This document shows positions 10,248 to 18,569 of a stretch of DNA of 52,324 nt, in pieces. The DNA lies in the IMG/VR virus record IMGVR_UViG_3300006802_000129, positions 1 through 52,324 of that record; one strand, 5' to 3'. The translations under genes were made by a program, and so were the position numbers. The first letter of the stretch is position 1. The number at the start of each line of letters is the position of its first letter. The DNA comes from a virus (taxonomy: Duplodnaviria; Caudoviricetes). The notes below the pieces were generated by a model. The model was given only the letters and a program-made list of their open reading frames with translations. It made no database searches and was not told the DNA's origin.

Positions 10248-10619
10248 ATGGCTGCTAAGAAAACCACCGCTACGTCACCAGCTCAGCAAATTCTCGCCAA
10301 CCCTAACGCCCTCGCTATGATAGAGGCGCTACTAGCGCAGCAGGGCAAGGTAGCTGCTCCGGCTGGTAAGACCGTGATAGCTACGCTGGAGGATAGGGGA
10401 GCTACGGCAGAAATCATCGCAGATCGGCCCCTAGAGGCCGATGAGCAGGGAGCTTTCGACCTAGCTATGGCGCACGGTAAGACTACCACCTGGGCGCTTA
10501 ACGGCCTCCAGCTCACTAGGCTGATGAGCTACGAGGTCAAGCGTAGCGACGGGACTACCGTACGCTACGAGCGGATGGGTGGGAAGATGGGTAGGTTCTT
10601 CAAGAACATGTCCAAGTAA
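10248..10619 (+). CDS. First early gene, unknown function
   Basis: GAGGT RBS; own promoter and terminator; 123 aa. Confidence 0.8.
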   Translation: MAAKKTTATSPAQQILANPNALAMIEALLAQQGKVAAPAGKTVIATLEDRGATAEIIADRPLEADEQGAFDLAMAHGKTTTWALNGLQLTRLMSYEVKRSDGTTVRYERMGGKMGRFFKNMSK

Positions 10620-10630
10620 CCACGCCTACT

Positions 10631-10669
10631 AGCTAGTGGGAGTCTCACGACTCCTGCTAGCTTTTTTTT
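10631..10669 (+). terminator. Rho-independent terminator
   Basis: agctagtgggagtc-tcac-gactcctgctagct followed by a T8 run. Confidence 0.85.
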
Positions 10670-10758
10670 ATTCACGTGGCTACTACTAGGCGATTAGGTG
10701 AAACCTAGCTCAAAGTTTTAGCCTCTTACGTAAACGATTAAGCGAATTTGGAGCGATT

Positions 10759-11049
10759 ATGTCCTACGGTTTAGGCTATGTAGAGGGTACTACCCTAGTG
10801 ATGACAGACCACGATTTCTGCTCGTTGTGGCGTAGGTTTAGCCTTGAGCGGCCTACCCATACTACTAGCATACTTCACCCAACTAAGGAGTTGCGTGGAG
10901 TAGATAACCCTACGTGGGTGCAGCTAGCACCCAAGGACGGATGGGAGCCAGTTAAGATCGAGCTAGGTAGAAACTACCGAGCTAACGATGACGGACGGCT
11001 AGCCATCCACGATCAGCTACAGATAACTGGCACTGAACAGTATATGTAG
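10759..11049 (+). CDS. Hypothetical early protein
   Basis: GGAG RBS, ATG, 96 aa. Confidence 0.65.
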   Translation: MSYGLGYVEGTTLVMTDHDFCSLWRRFSLERPTHTTSILHPTKELRGVDNPTWVQLAPKDGWEPVKIELGRNYRANDDGRLAIHDQLQITGTEQYM

Positions 11050-11099
11050 CATAACCGTGCGGCTTTACTAGTGAGAGTCGCACTAGCATAGAGGTTAGT

Positions 11100-11480
11100 A
11101 TGTTGAAGGATAGATACATCACCTACAGTACTGGCGATATACGGTTAGCAGCCGAAGTCGCTAGTCAGCAAGAGACCGTGAACTGCTCAGCTACCTACCG
11201 TGATGATGAGGAAACAGGTAGGGATACAGGCTGGGTACGGTGGACGTGTACTAGCAAGCGAGAGGCGTTGAGCCTTGTTAGGTACAAGCTACGAGACCGA
11301 GAAGTCTGGGAGCGACCTTGGGAGTACGAGTACTTAGGTACGACTAAGTTCGTACGTAAGAACTGGACTGATCCGGCTACGGGCTACCCCGTGGCTAACA
11401 TTAACCTTGTTACTGCACGTAATGCTAACCTGAGAAGGTCAGGCTATACAGTAGCAATTCATATAGGGGAATATGCCTAA
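11100..11480 (+). CDS. Hypothetical early protein
   Basis: GAGG RBS, 126 aa. Confidence 0.7.
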   Translation: MLKDRYITYSTGDIRLAAEVASQQETVNCSATYRDDEETGRDTGWVRWTCTSKREALSLVRYKLRDREVWERPWEYEYLGTTKFVRKNWTDPATGYPVANINLVTARNANLRRSGYTVAIHIGEYA

Positions 11481-11736
11481 GAAAATTCGCATCGATCATC
11501 GTCGCAAGACAGTAGGCAACGCAGCTAGTATGAAAAGCTGGCTACGTACGGCTAAGGTAGTAGACACCGACCGAGACAGGTCAGGTAAGATACACTCTGC
11601 TATCTACGAGGTGGAGATGGGTAGACTGAGGCTGGACAAGGACGTTACCTTACCAAGTGATTTGGTAGGTAATGCTAGGTCTGGCCCTGTTGACCAGTTA
11701 ACGTGGGTAGATCCTAACTACAGGTTCTACCGCTAA
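11473..11736 (+). CDS. Hypothetical early protein
   Basis: AGGGG RBS, coupled to the upstream gene, 87 aa. Confidence 0.65.
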   Translation: MPKKIRIDHRRKTVGNAASMKSWLRTAKVVDTDRDRSGKIHSAIYEVEMGRLRLDKDVTLPSDLVGNARSGPVDQLTWVDPNYRFYR

Positions 11737-11788
11737 TCAATAACTGTGCGATTCTCCTAGCGAGAGTCGCACTACATAGGAGCAGAGT

Positions 11789-12133
11789 ATGAGATGGTTT
11801 GATCCACGAACATGGTGGCATTTGCTAGCAGATATGAAAAATCTACCGTGGGATATGCCGAATGATTGGTACTGGTTGTCCCACCCTGACTACGATGACG
11901 AGTTTATATCTGCGCCATTAGATAGCCAGTTCTCCCTGATAGAAAACCACGCTAGCTTTAACGAGGAGGAATACCTCTATCGAGACCGTCAAGCTAGCCT
12001 TTGGTTTATGGGCATGGAGCTAGAGGAGCACGTAATAGATAACGACAAGTACCTCGATTGGCTATTCGGAGGTGAGGCGGACGATGTACTAGAGCCACCT
12101 ACAGAGGTGACAGTCGTATACGTACAGAACTAG
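11789..12133 (+). CDS. Acidic, Trp-rich early protein
   Basis: AGGAG RBS; about 25 D/E versus 6 K/R in 114 aa. Confidence 0.7.
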   Translation: MRWFDPRTWWHLLADMKNLPWDMPNDWYWLSHPDYDDEFISAPLDSQFSLIENHASFNEEEYLYRDRQASLWFMGMELEEHVIDNDKYLDWLFGGEADDVLEPPTEVTVVYVQN

Positions 12134-12175
12134 CAACCAAGCGGCCCCTAGGGGTCGCATACATAGGAGCAGAGT

Positions 12176-12454
12176 ATGACTAACTACTTAAACATAGAAG
12201 TAACTGACACCTACCAAGACCGATGGTCTGGTAACTACTGCTGGGTAGAGCGCAAGCAGGTCGAGCTACCTCCTAACGTACGAAGCCAGCACAGCATCGT
12301 CAGGCTAGCGAAGAAAGCGATAGGCTGGACGGGTATGCGGTGTGACGTAGTTAACTACGGTGACGAGTACCACATCGTACCTGTTAATGCGGCTATGATT
12401 GCCTACGTTCAATTCGGTTTCAGCTTTGAGCCAATCAACTGTGATTGCGAGTAG
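12176..12454 (+). CDS. Hypothetical early protein (conserved small phage family)
   Basis: IEVTDT...NYCWV...IVRLAKKAIGWTGMRC pattern; AGGAG RBS. Confidence 0.7.
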   Translation: MTNYLNIEVTDTYQDRWSGNYCWVERKQVELPPNVRSQHSIVRLAKKAIGWTGMRCDVVNYGDEYHIVPVNAAMIAYVQFGFSFEPINCDCE

Positions 12455-12479
12455 TTTAGTGCCGCTCGTTTAGTGCCAC

Positions 12480-12902
12480 TCAGTCCTCACTCATCAGCTT
12501 ATCTAGCTGATCCTCAAACGAGATGACTTCCTTGATAGAGTTACCATGCTTATTAAGGGAGTCAGCCATCCTAGCTACCAAAGCAGTGTCGCCTACTGAT
12601 ACACCATGCTTAGCTAAGTCTAATTGTATCTGACGTACATCGGATAAACTCCACTGCTGTGCCTTTAGGGTTAGCTGCTCGGCACTGACCCTTTCAAATA
12701 GCTTTAACTTATCGAATAAGGAGTTCAGCGCATGGATAGCCCCTCTAGTATCGTTCTCTTCGTCAGCTTTGTCGTACTGTTTTCGATACTGTTCCGCCGC
12801 CCATAACGTATCCATCTCTTGTAAAAGCTCTTGTCTACGTTGGGTAACTCGATTGATTAACTCTTTTTTGCTCTCTTCTAACTTGCTAATATTACTAGGC
12901 AT
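12480..12902 (-). CDS. Possible terminase small subunit
   Basis: Helical 140 aa (start at MPSNISK). GAIHALNSLFDKLKLF resembles the TerS A..ALE.LGK.LG.F motif; same strand as terL; no other TerS candidate in the window. Confidence 0.4.
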   Translation of the reverse strand: MPSNISKLEESKKELINRVTQRRQELLQEMDTLWAAEQYRKQYDKADEENDTRGAIHALNSLFDKLKLFERVSAEQLTLKAQQWSLSDVRQIQLDLAKHGVSVGDTALVARMADSLNKHGNSIKEVISFEDQLDKLMSED

Positions 12903-12966
12903 TTCTAAAGTATTAGAGGTGGGAAGAAAATTTATTTTACGTCGTGACTCTAACATAAGGAATAGT

Positions 12967-13371
12967 ATGTATAGATTACAGTGTATTGAAAAGACTTACA
13001 ACAATAGAGCTACTGAATTAGGTAGTGAACTGTTAGGTGAGGACTGTATCGTAGATAAAGTAACTAAGTCAATAGACTATTTAGTAACAGTAGCTGCTAA
13101 GCTATGTAAGAAGTACCATATAGATTCTACTTTTAAAACAGATGGCAGTGGATACTTATTCAATTTAAATACGATTAACTATGGCCCACTATGTATAGAA
13201 AAGTTTTATAGTCTAATCATAACTAAGGATGATAAACCCTTGGATACTTATGCCAATCAAAACCTTAACTTTAAAATACTGAAAAGATCTGGTGTCCAAC
13301 CAGTTGGAAGGAAGTTCCAGAAACTCCTCGCCAGACCAGCAACCATCAGGGATGAAAGAAAAAAGTCTTGA
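12967..13371 (+). CDS. Hypothetical protein (AT-rich)
   Basis: Start moved to ATG 12967 after AAGGA, which removes the overlap with the divergent minus-strand gene. Confidence 0.55.
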   Translation: MYRLQCIEKTYNNRATELGSELLGEDCIVDKVTKSIDYLVTVAAKLCKKYHIDSTFKTDGSGYLFNLNTINYGPLCIEKFYSLIITKDDKPLDTYANQNLNFKILKRSGVQPVGRKFQKLLARPATIRDERKKS

Positions 13372-13396
13372 CAGTTTTTTGTGATCATGTTGTAAT
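13368..13396 (+). promoter_or_regulatory. Sigma70-type promoter
   Basis: TTGACA (13368-13373), 17-nt spacer, TGTAAT (13391-13396); A-rich sequence upstream. Confidence 0.65.
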
Positions 13397-13465
13397 GGTC
13401 GAGTCATTTGACAGAAATTTATTCTGTTTAAACATTAAGTAATACTACTCTCACTAGGAGTTGAT

Positions 13466-13915
13466 ATGGAATTCAAGGACTACCAAGTAGCAGTAGAAAA
13501 GTACCTAAAGATTGTCGGTGAAGATGCCGAGTACATCAGCAAACGCCTAGCGTGGCAGATATATAAGCTGGTTGAGCCACGGTTTAGTGAGCTTGACTAC
13601 GCATTAGATGTACGAGTAACAGACTCCATCGTAGATGAGTTTGCCAAGAAAGATCCTAACTACGATTGGTCTTTCCCGAACGAGCGAAAGGGTGACCTGT
13701 ACCCTATATTACATCAGGGATTAGTAGGCTCGGCTTACTATTCTAGTAGTGCGAGTAGCACTCCTAGTATGTGTCTTGCGTATTACCTTCTGCCTCGTAC
13801 TTCGACAGGCTGGTACATACTGAAGCGCACAATCTACCAGGACTATGTTATCAAGGAGCAAGATGGATTGGCAACAGATACGGGACGAGTCGAAGGTAGT
13901 AGATCTGCGGCCTGA
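13466..13915 (+). CDS. Hypothetical protein
   Basis: AGGAG RBS, 149 aa. Confidence 0.7.
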   Translation: MEFKDYQVAVEKYLKIVGEDAEYISKRLAWQIYKLVEPRFSELDYALDVRVTDSIVDEFAKKDPNYDWSFPNERKGDLYPILHQGLVGSAYYSSSASSTPSMCLAYYLLPRTSTGWYILKRTIYQDYVIKEQDGLATDTGRVEGSRSAA

Positions 13916-14183
13916 GCAGATCGAGACGGAACATGAGTTACCGTTCCCTGTTTATGTAAACGGGGAGATGGTATCGAGAGAGTATAGCAACGCTTACACC
14001 GGACAGTCCGTGCTACTCAATCCTGAGTGTGCTGCTGTCTACGAGGTGACGATGGCGTGCTATAACCTAGCAATGGCTGAAGCACGAGATGATCCTAGTC
14101 ATTGGGGCTATGAGTACTACCGAAGAGGTGTTAAATGGATGCAGGAGTACTATATAGCTGAGTATATGGTACTCCTCGACTGA
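13845..14183 (+). CDS. Hypothetical protein (conserved phage family ending YMVLLD)
   Basis: N.YTGQSV.L...AVYE...YMVLLD pattern; true start may be ATG 13863 after AAGGAG. Confidence 0.7.
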   Translation: MLSRSKMDWQQIRDESKVVDLRPEQIETEHELPFPVYVNGEMVSREYSNAYTGQSVLLNPECAAVYEVTMACYNLAMAEARDDPSHWGYEYYRRGVKWMQEYYIAEYMVLLD

Positions 14184-14188
14184 CTTAC

Positions 14189-14346
14189 GGGGGGCAGAAA
14201 GCAGCCAGCAATAGCAGTTTTCGTAATTTTCCTGCTAGCTGGTAAGGGATGTTGAGACCCAGTGCTAAGCAATACGAGTGGTGTAGTGATACCAGCAACC
14301 TCTATGGGATTCACTACTCTGGAAACACTCTACGCTGCTGCCCTCC
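14189..14346 (+). ncRNA. Candidate structured RNA A (multi-stem junction)
   Basis: GGGGGGCA-gaaa-GCAGC pairs with GCTGCTGCCCTCC; inner stems ccagc/gctgg + tagcag/ctgcta, ggg/ccc, gagtg/cactc + gtagtga/tcactac. Confidence 0.55.
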
Positions 14347-14387
14347 CCTCCTACTATTTTTACTAACTTAATTTAATAGGAATTATT

Positions 14388-15911
14388 ATGGATCAGACTC
14401 CTAACTACAATCTTATGTCCTGCATGGCTCTGAAAAAGATTATTTCTCAGAGAAAACTATTCACCCCGCTTACTTATCTTCAACGGATACGTAAGGAGGA
14501 GTGCATCGAGATGTTAGAGCAAGCGGATCGAGGGGAGCAGGTAGTCATACCTCAACGGTTGATTGAAGAGTACCGCAAGATACGAGAGCAGCCACCGAGA
14601 CCTGCTACCGAAGAGGTAACCGAGGAAGAGGGTGGATTAGATGGTGAGGCGCTACTCGCTGAGATACTAGCTGGTAGTGGTACTCAGGAGGGTACGCAAG
14701 AGGAGGTCGATGGGGAGTTCGATGCGGAAGCTGAGCTTGCTGATATCTTTGGGATGGCTAAGCCCGAAGCGGTAGAAGCAGGTGAGTATACACCAGCACC
14801 GGAAGACGTAGAAGAAGACGACCTCCCCTACATACCTGTCGAGGCTACTACGGAAGCCGAGGATGACGAGACTCCAGCACCTAGTGAAGAGGAGTTGGCT
14901 AAGGCTAAGCAGGGTCAGCAGACTCTCAATGATATCTTTACTACGATTCTCAATAGCATTCAGCAAGTATCCGATAGAGTAGACACACTGGAAGCTAAGC
15001 CTGGTGTAGATACCGATGAGCTAGAAGCTAAGTTTGAGAAGGTAATGGAGAAGATGAAGGGTGCAGGTGGTGGTGGTGTTAAGCCACTAGTAATCGAGCA
15101 GCCGGACATCCCACCCGTAACTATTAAGACTCCTCATGCTAAGTTTCCTGAGTTGTTAAAGCTAGTCAATGCCAAGGTCAACTGTTATCTGGTTGGCCCA
15201 GCAGGTAGCGGCAAGACTCAGGCTGCTGCTCAGGTAGCACGTAGCTTATTCCCTGGGGAGAAGGGTAAGTTTGGAGCAATATCTCTGTGTAGACAAACAT
15301 CGAAGGGTGACCTCCTAGGGTACAAGGATGTCAATGGTGTCTATCAGGAGTCGGAACTCGTCCGTATTTTCACCAATGGCGGAGTGTTCTTGTTCGATGA
15401 GGTAGATCAAGCTACCGATAGTATCATGAAGTTGTGTAACATGGCTATCGGCAACGGTGCTATTGCTACACAAGACGGACTAAAGCAGAGGCATCCAAAG
15501 TTCTACTGTATAGCTGCTGCCAATACATATGGGACAGGAGCTGATAGGATGTACTGTGGAGCAAATCAGTTGGATGCTAGTACCTTGAACCGATTCTGCT
15601 TCATCGAGTGGCCTTACGATCACGAGTTAGAAAACCAGATGATTGGTGTAGCTCAGCCTGATTCGCAGAAGTGTCCGCTCAAGAACGTTCCGTCACCTGC
15701 TCAGTGGCTACACGTAGTGCGAGTAGCACGAGCTAATATTCAGAAGAACCGTATGAGGATGGTCGTCTCTCCTCGTACTAGCTTGATGGGGGTACATGCT
15801 ATCAGTGCAGGTAGCTCATTGGAAAACATGCTGGAGGGTTTCATCTATCAGGGTGCGGCTGAAGATAAGAAGAAGGTGGTCTTCGATCCAGCACGTGACT
15901 TTGCTGCTTAG
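14388..15911 (+). CDS. MoxR/CobS-like AAA+ ATPase with long acidic N-terminal region
   Basis: Walker A GPAGSGKT, Walker B FLFDEVD, IAAANTYG, QLDASTLNRF, VVSPR. Confidence 0.9.
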   Translation: MDQTPNYNLMSCMALKKIISQRKLFTPLTYLQRIRKEECIEMLEQADRGEQVVIPQRLIEEYRKIREQPPRPATEEVTEEEGGLDGEALLAEILAGSGTQEGTQEEVDGEFDAEAELADIFGMAKPEAVEAGEYTPAPEDVEEDDLPYIPVEATTEAEDDETPAPSEEELAKAKQGQQTLNDIFTTILNSIQQVSDRVDTLEAKPGVDTDELEAKFEKVMEKMKGAGGGGVKPLVIEQPDIPPVTIKTPHAKFPELLKLVNAKVNCYLVGPAGSGKTQAAAQVARSLFPGEKGKFGAISLCRQTSKGDLLGYKDVNGVYQESELVRIFTNGGVFLFDEVDQATDSIMKLCNMAIGNGAIATQDGLKQRHPKFYCIAAANTYGTGADRMYCGANQLDASTLNRFCFIEWPYDHELENQMIGVAQPDSQKCPLKNVPSPAQWLHVVRVARANIQKNRMRMVVSPRTSLMGVHAISAGSSLENMLEGFIYQGAAEDKKKVVFDPARDFAA

Positions 15912-15958
15912 CCGCAAGGCTAAGTGGTGGCTTACTAAACACAAATTAAGGAGTAGCT

Positions 15959-16222
15959 ATGACACCGAAGCCAAGAGATTGGGATGACGTAGTACGTAGG
16001 CGAACAGCGAAGAGTGAGGAGGCATACCAGCGCAAGATGGATGCAGTGTTTAAAGCGTTAGGGATTGACCCGACAAAAAGTACTCCGATGAAAGAACTCA
16101 AGCTATTCACTGATCCGCCAGAGGTTCTAACGGATAAGGAGATCAAGGCATTGATCATAACAGGGCAAGCGAGCCAAGTATACGATGAGTACTATGAAGC
16201 CAAAATGAAGGAGAAGATATGA
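15959..16222 (+). CDS. Hypothetical protein
   Basis: AAGGAG RBS, 87 aa. Confidence 0.7.
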   Translation: MTPKPRDWDDVVRRRTAKSEEAYQRKMDAVFKALGIDPTKSTPMKELKLFTDPPEVLTDKEIKALIITGQASQVYDEYYEAKMKEKI

Positions 16223-16446
16223 ATAAATACCGATGTGTACTCCAGTGTACGTTCAAAGATCGAAGAGAAGGCGTGCCACTAATGGATGCGAAAGTGGAGG
16301 CGACAGTAACTATACACGGACACGATGAAGATGAAGTGAAATCGCTATTAGTTAGGGATGTTGCTTTCTATTTTCCTGAGTTAGCGGGCGAAACGTTACT
16401 TAATCCGGTAGTAACTTCAGTCACGAAAATAGAGGAGCAAGTATGA
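16219..16446 (+). CDS. Hypothetical protein
   Basis: ATGA overlap coupling, 75 aa. Confidence 0.65.
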   Translation: MNKYRCVLQCTFKDRREGVPLMDAKVEATVTIHGHDEDEVKSLLVRDVAFYFPELAGETLLNPVVTSVTKIEEQV

Positions 16447-16949
16447 ACGTATTTTATGTAGACCATGACCCGGCACAGGCTGCTCGTGACCTGTGTGATA
16501 AGCACATACCCAAGATGCTAGTCGAGACATGCCAGATGCTATCGACAGCTCATCGAGTATACCAACCAGACAAGGAGCACACCCAACGGTTATACAAGGC
16601 TGCCTACATGAACCACCCATGCAGTGTGTGGGTACGGGAAGCTAAGGACAACTACTACTGGGCGTACTTCCATGCTGTCGAATTGAACAAGGAGTTCACC
16701 CGTAGGTACGGAGGTACTCATGCTTCCGCTAGATTACTCGATGCACTAGCCGAGGTTCCCTTTGATCGAGAAGGTAGTACTCCGCCAGCATTGGCTATGC
16801 TGGATGGCATCAAGGCACTGACCTCTGACCCCGTAGAAGCCTACCGTCTGTACTACGTAATTGCTAAGCACAAGATAGCAAAGTGGAAGATGACAAAGCC
16901 ACCAACGTGGTACGTAGAACTACACAATTATTTTATAGGAGGCGAATGA
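16443..16949 (+). CDS. Pyrimidine-dimer DNA glycosylase (DenV-like family)
   Basis: MNVFY.D.DP..AA..LCDKH..KM.VE..QMLSTAH, NHPC.VWVRE, DPVEAYR.YY. Confidence 0.8.
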   Translation: MNVFYVDHDPAQAARDLCDKHIPKMLVETCQMLSTAHRVYQPDKEHTQRLYKAAYMNHPCSVWVREAKDNYYWAYFHAVELNKEFTRRYGGTHASARLLDALAEVPFDREGSTPPALAMLDGIKALTSDPVEAYRLYYVIAKHKIAKWKMTKPPTWYVELHNYFIGGE

Positions 16950-17908
16950 CGAAGATTATCTACGAAGGGTATCCGGCTGAAGGTATCTATGTGCAGCAGG
17001 GTACTCAGCATCTGGTAGTTAAGGCTGAGACTACAATGGATTGGCTGAACTTCACTAGGAAACCAGGCTACCAACCTGTCGAGGATAAGAACAACTGGCT
17101 ACACGGAGAGGATCATGGGCAGAACTCCTCGGCAGAGATGGGCTACGACGGGGACGCTTGGTATGGTACAGAAGACTACGACGCATGGATGGGGTTACTA
17201 GATAATGGCTGGGCTGAAGGTGCTGACCTAGCTGCCAAGCTAGCAGATGAAGTAGCTCCTTACATACAGGGTATGAAGATCGTAGACGAGCCGAAGCGGG
17301 ACTACGAGGGCGACGAAGTAGACATAGATATGTACTTAGAGGGTGACCCTGAGTGCATGATTAACTATGAAGAAGCAAAGGTACACGGCAAGGCTAAGTT
17401 CCTGACAGTAGCTATAGATATCGGAGCGCTGTGTGATGTCAGGAAGGAGGCAATGATGTGGCGAGGGATCATAGCAGCAGCTCTAGTAGATACACTAGAG
17501 TCCAACGGGTTCCGGCTAGAGATCTTTGGCTACAGTTATGACCGAGGTAGGCGAGCGAGAGGTGCAGCATTTCATCGGGATAATTTAATTATCCTACCTG
17601 TCAAGAATGAGGATCAGCATATGGAGTTGGAGCGGCTAGCTTCCTTGATTGGACATAGCTCTTCATTCCGTAGGGGGATCTTCAGTGGCTTCGAGAAGTA
17701 CCCTAAGCATATCTTTCAAGATTATCTAACCTTGTTTGGCTACGGTGCTAGTCAAAGCGGATGGCCTACTCACTTCCCTGCGGATGTATTCATTGGTAAG
17801 GAGTGCTTGGCCCATGATGCTAAGAGTGCAGTTCAAACCTTCCGGCAAAAGCTCAGTGAGCTACCGGATTTTTATGAGTACCTACAAGAAGAGCGAGGTG
17901 AGCTATGA
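16946..17908 (+). CDS. vWA-like partner of the MoxR-type ATPase
   Basis: GDEVDIDMYLEGDPECM, LTVAIDIG, RG....ALVD.LES.GFR.E, HSSSFRR, GYG; start at ATG 16946 after AGGAGG. Confidence 0.7.
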   Translation: MTKIIYEGYPAEGIYVQQGTQHLVVKAETTMDWLNFTRKPGYQPVEDKNNWLHGEDHGQNSSAEMGYDGDAWYGTEDYDAWMGLLDNGWAEGADLAAKLADEVAPYIQGMKIVDEPKRDYEGDEVDIDMYLEGDPECMINYEEAKVHGKAKFLTVAIDIGALCDVRKEAMMWRGIIAAALVDTLESNGFRLEIFGYSYDRGRRARGAAFHRDNLIILPVKNEDQHMELERLASLIGHSSSFRRGIFSGFEKYPKHIFQDYLTLFGYGASQSGWPTHFPADVFIGKECLAHDAKSAVQTFRQKLSELPDFYEYLQEERGEL

Positions 17909-18102
17909 CCCATCAGGAAAAGATAACTGCGGATGCTATGGTTGTTCGGCTTAACTACGATCAGTCTAGCCCGTTCTACAAAATGACGGATATGAGGGAG
18001 TTCTGGAGTAAGCCCATCGAATACAAAGCACAAGTAGCTGAGTTATTGCCTAGCGAAATCGTTACTCATATAGAAAACCTCTATGCGAAAGGTGAGCTAT
18101 GA
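17905..18102 (+). CDS. Hypothetical protein
   Basis: ATGA coupling at both ends, 65 aa. Confidence 0.6.
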   Translation: MTHQEKITADAMVVRLNYDQSSPFYKMTDMREFWSKPIEYKAQVAELLPSEIVTHIENLYAKGEL

Positions 18103-18560
18103 CATTAGATACACAACTAAAAAAGTTCTGGCGTTTTGGTGTACTCGATCTCGACCCAAAGGTGGGTAAGTACTTAACGTGGGCTACTTGGGAAAAAGTA
18201 CCTGAGTCTTACCGGAAAGATTTCCAGAAGCTGATTGATAGTGCGAGGACGGATTGCTGTAGCGCTAGTAAGTGGATCAACGGTAAAAATTACTCATTGC
18301 ATAGGATGGGTGACATCAGGGAAGCAATGGATCTGCAACCTTTGACTAAGAATGGTGAGATGATTATGTATATTTTTCGGGACGTATGGAGAGGAGTTCA
18401 CCCGTCTAGCATGTTGGGTAGGTGGACAGAACCTATCGAAACAAGGCCAGCAGTGCAACCGACTCCTGTAGTAAAGGCGAAACCAAAGGCTAGACGCAAA
18501 AAGAAAGAGGATACCGTGCAGGTAGCAGAAATGATCTCTGATTTTGCTGATTTACTATAG
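18099..18560 (+). CDS. Hypothetical protein
   Basis: AGGTGAG RBS, 153 aa. Confidence 0.65.
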   Translation: MTLDTQLKKFWRFGVLDLDPKVGKYLTWATWEKVPESYRKDFQKLIDSARTDCCSASKWINGKNYSLHRMGDIREAMDLQPLTKNGEMIMYIFRDVWRGVHPSSMLGRWTEPIETRPAVQPTPVVKAKPKARRKKKEDTVQVAEMISDFADLL

Positions 18561-18569
18561 GGGTGTTGT

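Larger units (their letters stand above)
11057..12179 (+). repeat. Three related hairpin + RBS intergenic elements (11057-11102, 11746-11792, 12141-12179)
   Basis: GCG..(C)TAG..GTCGC stems followed by CATAG RBS; tacataggagcagagtatga is identical at 11773-11792 and 12160-12179. Confidence 0.85.

Noticed and set aside
11050-12179. Integron attC cassettes served by the tyrosine recombinase
   Set aside because: An AAC precedes each hairpin, but only the first has a matching GTT end, and I see no IntI-specific insertion in the integrase.
12454-12481. gtttagtgcc direct repeat between convergent genes
   Set aside because: Only two 10-14 bp copies and I saw none elsewhere; not enough to assign a function.
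14189-14346. Known ribozyme or riboswitch (hammerhead, twister, c-di-GMP-I)
   Set aside because: The conserved cores (e.g. CUGANGA...GAAA) were not found by eye in A-D; left as unclassified candidates.
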